Source: Marsupella aquatica (taxonomy: Eukaryota; Plantae; Marchantiophyta). From it: a DNA stretch of 64,000 nucleotides. The stretch lies in assembly GCA_973895155.1 (NCBI GenBank), contig OZ316899.1, forward strand, positions 7,381,241-7,445,240, written 5' to 3'. The translations under genes and the position numbers were made by a program. The notes below the pieces were generated by a model, which saw nothing but the letters and a program-made list of their open reading frames with translations, was not told where the DNA came from and made no database searches. This document shows positions 37,641-49,935 of the stretch, in pieces (position 1 is the first letter of the stretch; each line of letters begins with the position of its first letter).

Positions 37641-40600
37641 ATGTCTCGGTCCATCGTTCTATCCCGATTTGGGACTGGAGATATTGTGACCATCCCCGTC
37701 CTTGTGGAAGACACGTACAAGCAGGTCCGGGAGAGATACCTTTGCGGGAGATTTGATTTGAAGATGAATGATATTGAGGCCATTGTTCGAGAGCTCGAAA
37801 CCAGTGATGACATCGAAGATGCAACAACATTCAATGTGGATGATGGTGAACGGTTTTGGCATCTATACGCGGGGATTTTGTACTCACTTCGAGTAAGACA
37901 ACATGAAGGACCGTCCAGTGTCCCCCAAGTTCCATTTGATGTTGTCGAGATTTCTTCTAGTGAAGATGGGGATCACACTCCAAGTCCTACGTTGAAAATG
38001 AAAGTCCCGCAACATGCTGTCGTTAAAGGTGAGACTCCAGGAAGCTCTAACCAGTTGGAGGTCGTGTATCGGCGGAGTGTAATGGATACGTTACTCAAAT
38101 CCACTGGTCATAGCAAGTTATCGAGGTTCATATCAACGGGTGATTTTAGACATGAGCAAGTCTCCTGTCTACCAACTAAGTACAACGGGAACATCGTGTT
38201 TGAATTGCCACCCATTGACAAGATGCTCTCTAAAGGCTCTAGGCTTAGGGACATGGACCGTGCCAAAGATTGCTACATTTGGACACGCATATTTCCAACT
38301 ACTGCGAACGTTCAGCCGAAAAAACTTTGGCAATTCGGTAAGGTTACCTGTACGGGATTCATTGAATGTCGGAACAAGTCCTGCGAGTACTTCCAAAGGA
38401 AGAAGAAGGCAAACGCTAAGGCATGGCAGGGTACTCCAAAGCTTAGTGGTCAGTATGCTGTCGGATCTTTTATCGAAGAGGGCGGTGTTGTGTGTCATTA
38501 TTGTGATCAGATTCCTTTTTGTGTCAAGTACTGCCCTGCCCGTTTGTTCTATATGTACCCGCAAGTATTACTTGATGCGGAAACATGTAGCATGGCAATT
38601 CTTATAGGTGAGCATAACCATCCAGGTAGAAAAACCTTCTGTAGGAGTGCGGAGAAGATGGCTGAGGATAAAATCATGAAGCCAATCCTCTGGCAAAACC
38701 AGCTGGGATCTTGAATTCTGCTATAGGGTCCATAGTGAAAGCTCTCTGCGAACATGTTGACGACATGGTCGATATCAAAGAAACTGAAATATGGAAGTCT
38801 CTGATGGTACTTTCCACTCCCCAGAAGTTTGCATCTCTTTGTCGGAGCGTTAGGATAGACCAAAAGGGTCGGGGTGAACTTGATTTTCTCTCGCAAATGC
38901 AGAAGAAGATTAACTTGTCGTTTCTTCAGAGGTATTTGCTCCCGGGTCAAGGATGTCAAGACGACAGGCCTCACATCTTTAAAATGACCACGAAAGGTCA
39001 CGGTTCCGGTGTGGATCTTTTGAGACAGATGCAACCTGGTGGAAGACTCAAAGGAGCCTGGGTCAATTTTGATGTGATGCAGCGTGTCACAACCGATTGG
39101 TTTACTTTTAGCCTGCATGTCTATGACCATAACTTCCGTGCACTTTGTACAATTTTCACATGTGAGTTGAAAGGTGAAGACACTGAGTCTTTTGAAAAGG
39201 CTTGGAGAGTTATGATTGAGGTTTGCAAGGAGAATGGATTATAGGAGGTTGTCATCCAAGGGTTTATGGCGGACAATGCACAAGCTGGATGGAATGCTGT
39301 GCAGAATGTTTTTTTTGGTGGACACCCAGACCCAGAGAGGGAGCGCTCTGATGCATTTCACTTTTATCAATCTTTCCATCGGCATTCCAAGGAAGGAGTA
39401 CTCGAAGAATGTCAATCGGAACATCGGAGACTTTGGGAGAAACTAAGAAACACTCCAACGTTTGTGGTAGCGTATCGCGTGTCCCGAGAGATTGTGGTTT
39501 GGTGGCAATCAGGAAACTGTGTCCCTGGAAAGCTCATGATGCTACAAAGCTGGATATCCTGGTGGGTTGTTCGATGGCGCCAGTGGGGCAATTTTATTCG
39601 AGTGGTATGACATCCATCTCCTCTCTTGTCTTTCATTTCCATCAACTTTATATTAGCGCCAGGCGTTGGTATGATTTTCTCGTATTTGAGTCCAACATGT
39701 CCATAAAGTTCCAGAATCATAATCTAAATTGTATTTCACGTATGTTATAAATACTTGTCAGTGCCAGCGCCGGGCGTTGGTAATACAATGCTAGTACTGA
39801 TTATTGCATTCGGACTATGGCAGAGCAAAAGCGCAGAAGAAGGTGCCTTGATTCCAAACTGTACAGGGTCAGAATCAAGGCATGCGTCTATGAAAGCCTA
39901 GGCTACAAAGAAAAAAGTTGGTCTTTTTGAAGCATGCAAAGTGGACCAAAACCGAGCCCTGTCTCAAGTTGTGGGATACAGTGCATATCGAAAAGGGTTG
40001 AACAGAGGAAAGGGACCAACTATATGGGAATTGGCGTTCCGTTCCATCGATCAAGCAGGTTCGCCGAGGTTATTTGAAGATGCGACCAACATGCTTCTTT
40101 CCAACGCGACGGACTTTGATTTGGAAAGAAGTACTCCCCTTAACGGAGATATTGTGACCAAGTCAATGAAGAGAAAGGGACATGCAACTGGGACTATCTC
40201 TCCACAAGACTCCCATCGGCATGACACCGTTCTCATAACCACACCAAATACTTGTGGTTTGAAAAGGAAAAACCTAAACAAACCTGACTTTGCCTCCATT
40301 CCCTCTAATTCTAATGATCCTGTGACAAGAGTTGTGAATCTCTCTGGTATGGACACATCAGATGGTGATACTGATTCACTAGACAATACCCCTCAAACAA
40401 CCCGTACAACAAGATCCACAAAACCTCCGCTCAGTGCACCAGCCTCACTTCAGAATCCACTTCCACGCACGATTGTGCTCGAGAAGGATGTCCCTCTGGG
40501 GCAGTGGCAGCTGCGACGGACGTCCAAGTATGGAGCAGGTCCCCAGTGTAATGGGACACTCAATGGGAGTTCTGATCGCGATGAGTGTCGAAATCATATC

Positions 40601-41353
40601 AAGAAGGTTGGCTTCCATTCGTTTGACGGTGTTGTTGGAATTGTCGTGAAGGGCCATCGTCTCTTCAGGGGCGAACCGATCTCCGAAATGATTTGGTTCT
40701 GCCCAAACCAAACCTGTTATAAGAGTCATCCGCGTCGTGGTGTTCATCAGCTTCCTCCTCTTCCTGAAATTTTGCCTGTTCTGAAGGGTACGAACCTATC
40801 TCCTTATGAAATCACGTTCCTCGAAGAGCAAGGACTTGTCTTAGCCCGAACAACAGGATCGAGTCGATCTGCGCCATCTTTGTTTGACCTCAGGATAAAT
40901 GTGAACGTGTTCCCAGAAACAATAAGGTTTTTGGAGCCAAATGTCCGACAGGGTAGTCGGAATGGGAGGAACTCAAGACCTCGGTCTAATCTCACTGTGG
41001 GTCACACTAAGCAAATGGAGTCTGCACGACAAGAAGAGATGAGTTTGGATGGGGAATGGAATGTTTGGACTGGAAATGCTTTTGGAAAGCAATTTCAAAT
41101 TCGAACCCATGAGAACCTTCGATCACCAAGCATGTACTTTGTGCAAATCTGTATCTTCCCTGCTTGCTCTTGTGAGGACTTCTTCCTACGACATTCGTGT
41201 GGCAAGTCGTACATGCCTTGTAAACATCTATACTGGGTGTACATAAATGTTTTCAAACTTGAGGTTGAGGAGTCGACTCTTTGTAGCCAACCAATTTTGA
41301 CTGTGGGTAAAGTCAGGCTTGTATTGGAGAGGCAGAACTTGAATGGCTTATAA
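37641..41353 (+). pseudogene. MULE-like transposase (GCM/WRKY-like Zn finger, DDE, SWIM), copy A; intron 39605-39823
   Basis: Zn finger CTGFIECRNKSC...CHYC...C...GEHNHP. DDE core WVNFD, FMADNAQ, DAFH and PNCTGSESRH. SWIM CSCEDF...PCKH. One frameshift and two stops. Confidence 0.85.
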
Positions 41354-42056
41354 TAGGGGCTGAAACTTCCGTATAGGTCGTTCAATATAACGGATAGTCA
41401 CTATTTTGTCTTTACCCAATTGATATGTTTCTTGTTTTATTCAGTATTTTTTGGTTAGCGTCGGGCGCTGCTTTTATTATGTACGCGTGTGTAAGCATTA
41501 CACTATGTTTTATTTAAAATGTGTAAGTTGATATCATTATGTTTTATCTTTCAAGCCGCGTTTATTCAATTATTCTGAAATAAATTGTTAGGATGTGTTT
41601 TGTCATTTGTTTGTCACGGTACTCGGTCCATTTAAGGGAACTCATTTTGATTGAGTTCATTTGGACACTACTCTTCACTTGTTCTGTGGTGGGTCCCACC
41701 CTAAGGTTCACTTTTTAGCTTGGACGAATAGTGATATTTGAATGAATGTTTCATTGAGTATAGTCCCCATACCGTGTTCAGTTATCTTCTAGATCAAAAT
41801 GTTGTTGCAAGGGAGGATTGCTAGTACTCTTCATCCATCGGATGGCACAGAATAATTGTTTGTTTTAAACCTAATTCACTAAAGAAAAATTCTGTGATTA
41901 GCATAGTTTTTCATTCGGACCAAAGGGCTATGGTTGATGCAAAACTGGTAACAGGGAATCGCTTACTGGTAACAGTTATATTTGACTGTTAACAGCAAAA
42001 AATTTCCTGGTAACAGGTTTTCTGTTTTCTGTCATGGCTATCATACCCGGTGAAAG

Positions 42057-43772
42057 CAAGACAACAAAGGCAAAGGGGAGAAGAACGATCGAACGTTTTC
42101 AGTAGGGATAGAGGCACTCATTTTTGTAAGCTCATAGGAGAGGGGAAGCCCATGTTTTGATTTATGATCCGCCTTAGGGAGGGAGACTGCCGAGTATGGA
42201 ATGAAGCAGGGCAACAGCTTTTCGGCATGAATGGTGAAACTTTCCAACAACAGTTGACTACTCAAGAAGCTGTTGAAGAATTTTGCAGGGGAGTCATGTC
42301 ATCAAAGTGGAACCTAACGTTGGGACGAGAACTCAATCAACGACAACGTCACTACTGGAGGCTAATCGCCGTTGAACGAGTAATCCTTTTTTGGAACATT
42401 AGTGAACCAGAAGATCCATTGAATGTTTATCATGTGACATTAGAATTGAGAAGCTTAACCGTTGGCAGTTCAAAAACCACGACTCCAACCACCAATCGCT
42501 TATAGAGATGTTCGATGCAGTAGTCTCAGTTGAATAGAGTATACCAACCGGAAACCACGGATTGCGGTTTAGTAACCGCAAAAAAACAGTTTATTAACTG
42601 TTATGCAGTTATGTTCAATTAGTAAGTTAGATAACCATTTTTGTTAGTCGGACAGTTTGAAGACCGATAATTTTGCCAAAAGATAGTATTTAAGACAGGC
42701 AAGAGCGTAGAACAGGGTGTCACTTTTGCAATAGGTAATCTGATTGAAAGGCAAAGCCAGACTTTCCTTAAGATGATCAGTAGATCTGTTTAAGTGTTCC
42801 CTACTCAGATGTGAGTAGAATTTTCAATGTTGAGAAGTAAAGAAATCATTATGACACAACTTGATGAATTGTTCGTGGATGAGTACCTTGGTGAGAGGGT
42901 CTACAGAAAGAGATGTTGATTGACTACGAGAGTTTAGTATTAGAATTGAGAGTGAAGGTATTCAGAATTGAGGAGAGGGAAAATTAAAAAGAAGATTGAG
43001 TAAGACAATCGGAATTATAAAGAGAGTTGAATCTGTTAAAGTTATAAATCAAGGATTAGACAGAAGTATGTTAAGACGGCCATATTCCAACCGCAAGAAT
43101 GAATGAGGATTAACTCACTCAGGGTGAGCACGTTGAGGAGTAACACCTTACGGAATCAAACCAACAGACAACTCATAAGCAGTGGAGTCTGGCTGAGGTG
43201 TGTGTGTTTCGAGAATGACAATCTAATTGTCATACACCTACAGCATAATGGAGTAATCGTTGAATTGACATTCTACTTACAAATAGCCTTTCTTGATCTA
43301 CTTCGCAGCATAAGTAATTGATCGAACTCTTGGTGGGAGTATCAATGAGACGATTGGATCTAATCAGATCACAATCACTGGAAGTATGAATACTAGCGAC
43401 AAGGATAGGAAGAATTCCTCACTAATTAGGCTCAGGCCAATTGAACTATGGATCTGTTCGATTGGTTTGCACCTAATTACTCGTCGGTTAAGGGAAGAGA
43501 GTATTCCAATTTGTATTTTCACTTATAGTGAGTGGTGTGGATTTATAGAAATTGTATACAAGGAAGGATTAGTATTAATTGAGTCGATTGTACCCAAGAA
43601 GTGGAAAGAAGAAGTAGACATCGAAGAACATTCAGCTGAAATTACATTCTCAGAATATGAAAACAATTTACTAGATTACCCTGTTGTTGGACGATTAATC
43701 GGTTAATACAAACGCGAATGAATAGAGAAGGGTTAAGTTGGGTTAATCGTAGGTAAGAATTAGTGTTTAACA
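42057..43772 (+). repeat. 3' LTR, second part
   Basis: The last about 530 bp match 20415-20945. Ends TAACA followed by the TSD. Confidence 0.88.
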
Positions 43773-44014
43773 CGCACTATGAGGTCTACTAGTCAGTCCC
43801 AGATTCAATAAACGGTGCATTTCGCTCCAGGTGTCCAACGTCCCCCGACTCACATGCCACTAGAGGTCCAATTGTCGTACATTTAGGGTACTTTGCTTCC
43901 TTTGGAATTGTTCTTGCTGAGGCAAATTCTTCTCATTTGCGTTGGTGTCGTTGAGGGATGCGTGTAAGGAGAATCCGCACGATTAAGCGTACAAACTCCC
44001 AAACTAACTCCCGT

Positions 44015-47000
44015 ATGAAACAAAATTGAACGGGAAAAATCTCCACATCGCAGTTGGGAGAGTATATTGAAATGGGATCTGGGTCACCAAACCATTCCCA
44101 GTCCTCAGAGTCATCATATTCCAGTTGTGTTTCTAATTGAAGAGTAACTCGTTCCATAGCGCAGTATCCTCTTAGTCAAGTTGAGCTTCCGTGTCCAAAA
44201 CCGAGGCGATTGAAAATGGAACATGTTGGTGAGTTTGCCATTCAAAATGTCGATGACATTGAGAAATTGGTGGTTGATGTCATTGAAAAGCACGTGATGT
44301 CGTTTGGAGTTGATGCGAATGGATTACCAAAGGAGCCTCCAAGAATTCCTTTATGTCGTCTCGTTCATATGGAGGTTGTACGCACTCTTCAGAGGAACAG
44401 TCAATCGATTGAGAAGCTGAAGGACTTGTTTCGAACATCTGGTTACAATTTGTCCATTGGCATGCATTTTTTTGTTCAGCCATCCAATGCTGAAGGTGAT
44501 CCGCAGATTTGTACAGATGAGATTGGGAGCACTTGGGATCCTATTTGGATCATGGAGAACCAGTTGTTCGAAGCGGAATGTGAATCAAACCTCGCTTTCC
44601 ATGTCCTCAAGGACAAAATGTTCTATGTTTTTGATGGAAATCATCGGCTGTTTTTGTGGACTCAAATCACAAACGAGAGTCCAGAGAATCCTAAGTATTA
44701 TCCTCGCGTGCAATGCACAATTTTCAAAGGAGACAAGGCATCAATCATCAAGATTGAGGCAGCAATGCATATTGTTAACCAGTGAGTTTTCTTTCACCAC
44801 TGACTACTCTTCCCAAATTTGATTGTTTCCCTTCAACAATTTCTCCCTTTTTTCAGGTTGTATTGTTAGGTTAGCGCCATGCGCTATTTCTAATGTCCTA
44901 AATTTCATAGGATGGGACAGGCAGTGGTAGAGTCTTCTTGGATTTTGGATGCGGACAGAATTAGGAGGATTTTGGCTCATGATCTCAAGTACCACAAACC
45001 CATAATTGATGAGGCAAATTATGCAAAATTTGAGAAGATGAGGAAACAAACCCGAAAGGGTTCATGGTTTACAAAGAAGATGCCAATGGAGGCGTTGGTC
45101 TACATCTTGTGTGAAAACAAGATCAAATCGTACTCGTAGCAATTTCAGGTGATGAAGAACCAGGCAAGCAGTTCCGGCGCGCCATGGTCGGTCGAAGAGA
45201 CAAATCTTCATCATAGTCAGATGATGAAGGAAGCCACTAAGGAGTGGACCGTGAAAACTCCAAAGCTCACTTCCTTGCTTAGCCCGGAGTTTGAAGATTT
45301 CATGGGCACTTGCATTGAAATGTATTGTCTTACAGATCGACTCAAATGTGAAAAGGTCCCTGAAGCTGTATTCTGCACCATGGATAGAGCTTGCTTGTTC
45401 ACTGCCAATTTGGCATTAGATCCAAAATTGCGAAGTACGTTGCTTGTTGCACATTGTACTCCCGAGTTAAGGAAACAATTTTTCCATCCGCTCGGAGTAT
45501 CAGACGACCCCGTGAAGCAGTGGTGCCACACTTGGCATGTTTGTAACATGATTGAGGGGATAGCAACTGCTCTCCTCGAGGCATGTTTGAAGGAGGCTAT
45601 GGGTTCATGCACCAAACAACATCTTACAACACGCGGTGGAGAATTGATTTCCTTTGAGAAGTTGAAGGCTTTGATTTTAGATGATTTTAGAAAGTACGGG
45701 GATTCCGTAAGGGCCAAGTTTTTCAACACTATTTGGGAATCCAAGTACGTTGACAAGGAGGATTTGAGTGAAGTGAACCGCAAGAGAGCCAAGAGATATT
45801 TGTATCAATACTATGTGAAAATGGAGAGGAGTGACCTGAGCTATTTCTGGGCTTATCCTGGTGCCTTCCAGAAATGGGTCGTTGTGAATATGAGGTCCGA
45901 AGCATCTGGAGACTTTCTTGGGTACACCATGTACCCACCGGAGGGAAAGTTTCCACCAAGGAAAATGGCAAAGTGGGAGGTTTTGCATTGTCCGTGGTAT
46001 CTTGACACAAACAAGTGGAATTCACCGTTTGATGAGACAAAGAAAGATGCTTTTCACAAGTTATCAAAGAATTTGGAGCCCAAAAACATTTTTTCAGAGA
46101 TGAAGCAGGGAATTGATGCCGAGATTGATCTCTCGGTGATAGAGCTCCAACGGATTTGTGAGACACAAGTCGTCCAAGTTGCAAGGAGCCAAAAACCAAG
46201 AGCAAAACCCAAGCAAGAAACAACCCCAAGTGGATCTCAAAAAGAGACCAAAAAAAGTGAGTTCCTAATTTTGTAGCTTCAAATCTTCGAAATTTTCAAT
46301 CTTCTATTTGGCTAGCGCCAGACGCTGTTATTAATGTAACTATTTCTCTAGCAGGATCTCAAAAATCAGATGCAGGTTTGGTGTTGGGTAATGCTGTGAT
46401 TGCAACTCCATTTAAGCCTTCTTGTGACAACAGTCTTGGGAAGGATGAGGATCCGCCATAGGGGTCGGAGACCCCGAAGGATGTGAGTGCTCCACCAGTG
46501 GACGCCACGAGCACTAGGAAGAAGAAGAAACGCCGTGTTTCTACTTCCGGTGGGTCTCACAGGGAAACGCTTGTGGCGACTGGTTTACAGAGGAATGTGG
46601 GGGACTTCAAGGGGAATAAATCCAGGCACACATTTGTGGAGTCTACCTTGGCAGAGTTCTACGATAGCGTGTTTCAAAGGGAAGAGAAGCCATCTTGGGT
46701 TTCTCAGGTAGAGGCCTGGGGAAAGAATCTTGTAAAGTCGGGTTCTCGGTCAAAGGGGGTTATGAGAGGTGGCAAAGTTAGGGCATTTGGTGTCGATGCA
46801 GGATTTCTATATTTGCCTACCGGATTGAGGCCATCACTTTTGGACAAGAAAGTCCCAAAATGGAATGTGCAAGACCACTCTCTCCCTGGGGCTTTCTTTA
46901 GCGCAATGGACCCTTTCCTTTTGGACGACGGACTTCTGGCTATTCTTCACACTGGAGAGTATGACCAGATTTTGGAAGTGATATTTGCATGCCAATAGTC

Positions 47001-48197
47001 GCAAAAGTTTGACTGTATTGCATCGTATATAGTTGTCATGGGCTTTCCTATGTACAAACCTAAGTTTGACATTCAAGTAATGAATGACATCCATTTTGGC
47101 CAGCGCCAGGTGCTAATCTTGTATGTTGTCCATTTTGGCCAGCGCCAGGCGCTAATCTTGTATATCAATATACATCTACATATTTTTGTTTCATGACCTT
47201 ACTATTCTATTGTTTTGTAGATCTTCACGTTGCGGTTGGATATATTCGGTCGGGTTTTGAGAAAATCAACAATACCAAAAGATCCCAAGTTCCGTCCATT
47301 GTCGCCTTCTTAAGATCCTTCAATTACAAATCTGATAGGACTTCCGTCTTTAAAGTCGGATCCAATGCCAGAACTTGTGGCTTGTGGAAACGGGCGGCTC
47401 ACAATTGGTTTTATGCAGTCCTTTATAGAGATCATCTCCTGTCCAAGGGATATTATGATCGACTGGACCTGTTGCTCAGGAAGTTCATTCGTGGCGGGAG
47501 ACTATTGTGGTAGATTTGTTGTTGGGGTGGAAGGGCGAACAGAGTTTGTCACGGCTTCAAAGTGTACCTTAGCTGACCTTTTGGAGCCAAAGTCAACTTT
47601 GACTCCATAGAAGAGATTGTCAAGGAAAGGGAAAGAGAAGTTGGACAGAGTACGATCAATTTTGAACTTTGATTCCAAAGAGAGCAAGCCGGATGTTGTT
47701 GGGGAATCTGATGAGGAAGAGGTTCCAGTTGTCAATCTAGGAGACGACAAGGCAGAGAAAACAAATCCCTTGGGATCAAAATATGATTCCGAGGATGAGG
47801 AGTCTTTTGAGTAATGCTCGTAAGCTCACTCCAAATGTACGACTGTTTTCAACAACATATTTTTGGTAAACTTAGTGTTTGTTTTAATATGGATGAAACT
47901 TTCAGGTCGGAGTGGAATACGCGGAGAAGGTTTGAAGTCCGGAAAACGATCGCTGAAGCAATGGAGATTACACCAGAAAAACCATTTATTCTCCCATCCT
48001 ATGCTGAGAAAGCCGCCAGAAAAGTAGAGAGGTCTCGGACATTGTCTTGGAAAACAAAAGGTCTGAGACTTAGGAGAGGTTCTGATAGGAAGTTTTGGTG
48101 AACAAATTTGTGGATAACATGTGTCGGAGTGAGTTTGTGGATGACGAGGCGAGTCTACCGATAGATCCGATAGTAGTGAGATAGAGTCATTTGAGTA
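44015..48197 (+). pseudogene. ParB/Srx-like domain fused to an MTase-like fold, 5 exons, copy B
   Basis: Motifs VFDGNHRL, VDAGFLYLPTG and CPRDIMIDWTCCSGSSFVAGDYCGRFVVGVE. Introns at about 44782-44910, 46257-46354, 47077-47220 and 47811-47905 match copy A positions. Confidence 0.75.
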
Positions 48198-48837
48198 GAT
48201 CAGTTATGAGAACCCCATTTGTATCATTTCCATCGTATAAAAATGTTCAGACATGAACAAATATTTGTAGTCAAATTGGTATATTGTGTTCACTAGTGAG
48301 CTTGGAGAAATATGAAAGTTGTATATTTCAATTTAGCGCCTGGCTTCATGCCAAAGACCATTGCAAAACTTGGATTCAGATTCTTTTGGGGACATGTTCT
48401 GGGTGACTCGTATTTGTATAGCGCCTGGCGTTATCCAAATAACATGTTTTTGGAAATTTCAAGCAACAAAAATGATATGGAAATGACTTTGTTTTTGATA
48501 GCGTCAGGCGTTAGGCAATAATATGCCTTCCTACAGAACGAGTATTACCATTGAAGTTTTGTCGGTTAAGTTCATAAGGAAATGAACGTTAGCACCCATA
48601 GGGTCAATATTCCCCGTCGGTCCATTCTCATCCGTAGGTTGGGTCGTATGTCCGTTGAATCCAAAAAATGACAATCCTTTGAGGGGGGCATACATTCAAG
48701 TAAGCCCTCCAGATGAGTTTCATTCCAATTGTTCACACTGTGCTTTGGCGGTTTGGAAAGTGTACTCTGCGCTTGAAGGTTGTTTCATGCGCTATAAGCA
48801 TTGAGTACCGTGATCAAAGTAACCGTTAGTGGACGAT

Positions 48838-49272
48838 ATGGAGCGTCCTGGTGTCAATGTTGATAACGTTGTGCGGCCCCAAAGGGAAGTGCCAGTGTCG
48901 GAGGAGCAGACCGATCAAACGGTCAACTTTGGGTCATCAACATTGATTGCAGACACCGAGAGTCGCGTGACCAAGACTTCCAACATAAGGAATCGTCTTC
49001 AGCTGCCCGCGGACGAGGGTATGAGCCCGGGTGAACAAAACATTCATTGGCTTCCTGATTCTCCTCCGAGGCCATTTCAGGAGCAATTCTCAATTCATTA
49101 TCCAACTCCCAAACATCCTTCATCGAATGTCTTCTGGGATGTGGAAATTCAGTCTACCAAATTTCTTGGTCGTATCAATTTCTATGATACAAACCTGCCT
49201 GAGTCTTCATTGCGCCCTTTGCGAGGGCTTCCTAGTGTGCGGTACGTTGCAACTCAAACATTTGGCTTTTGA
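48838..49272 (+). CDS. Conserved small orphan ORF (ORF3), copy B
   Basis: Homologous to 31418-31801, with the same position and orientation relative to the ParB-MTase gene. Confidence 0.7.
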   Translation: MERPGVNVDNVVRPQREVPVSEEQTDQTVNFGSSTLIADTESRVTKTSNIRNRLQLPADEGMSPGEQNIHWLPDSPPRPFQEQFSIHYPTPKHPSSNVFWDVEIQSTKFLGRINFYDTNLPESSLRPLRGLPSVRYVATQTFGF

Positions 49273-49775
49273 CAGAAGCCAAAATGCAAGAAGGCTTTGT
49301 GAATCTTTGTTTGATCCGGGATCATCCTAGGATCATCGTGGTCATAGTCTTGGGTAGCGCCTGGCGCTACTCATTTCATGGAGGCGACCCACATCCGGTT
49401 CGTAGTTTGGAATCGGAGGAGGTGCACTTGGTGCTTCATTTTGGGGTTAGGTTAGGCTTGTGAATGGGTTCTTTCACCAAGGATTACTCTGTTAGGATGA
49501 GGTTGACTACAGTTTGCAGGGCTCAATGACAGATTTGGGTCTTTCTCTGATCCGACATTCTTGAATAGAATTGTGGTCAGACTCTTAGGTACCTCTCGGA
49601 GATACTTGTTTTGCTGATGCGATCTGTGATCCGGTGAATAATTTTGAATCGGTGGAGGTGGACTTTAGGCTCCTCATTTTGGAATTTTGTATTGTGCTTC
49701 ATTAGTAGAAGCGTGTATACAGAATGTTTTCGCTTTCGCAAAAATATTTTTTGGCTTGAGTTTTGTAAACTGTTA

Positions 49776-49935
49776 TCATTACGGTATTCATTTTTGGGTA
49801 GCGCCTAGCGCTATGATGTTTCATGGTTGTGTTTCATTACGGTATTCAGTTTTGGGTAGCGCCTGGCGCTATGATGTTTCATGGTTGTGTTTCATTATGG
49901 TATTCAGTTTTGGGTAGCGCCTGGCGCTATGATGT
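49776..49935. repeat. 58-bp tandem repeat (about 3 units), each carrying the palindrome
   Basis: Palindromes at 49799, 49857 and 49915 (period 58). Confidence 0.92.

Larger units (their letters stand above)
30716..42048. mobile_element. Mutator-like element, copy A (complete, 11.3 kb, 8-bp TSD GGTGAAAG)
   Basis: TSD at 30708-30715 and 42049-42056. Ends are GGGGAATTTACAAAC-GACAGCAAACAG and CTGTTTTCTGTC-ATGGCTATCATACCC. Carries three genes. Confidence 0.92.
30586..42505 (+). pseudogene. LTR-encoded RPA1 C-terminal-like OB-fold ORF (30586-30715 joined to 42057-42505), split by copy A
   Basis: Removing copy A and one TSD gives a single frame of about 192 codons with one TGA: FCYEGC...C...HFC...PMF*FMIRLREGDCRVWNEAGQQLFGMNGETF. 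Confidence 0.55.
20174..43772 (+). mobile_element. Non-chromovirus Ty3/gypsy (Athila/Tat-like) element with 5-bp TSD CGCAC
   Basis: CGCAC at 20169-20173 and 43773-43777. Contains PBS, gag, pol, extra ORFs, PPT and a 3' LTR ending GTGTTTAACA. Confidence 0.9.

Noticed and set aside
30716-42048. Zisupton/KDZ or hAT assignment based on the 8-bp TSD and SWIM
   Set aside because: The FD...MAD...FH...ES core with an N-terminal GCM/WRKY-like finger and C-terminal SWIM fits Mutator-like better. No hAT dimerisation or KDZ motifs were recognised. Phylogeny is still needed.
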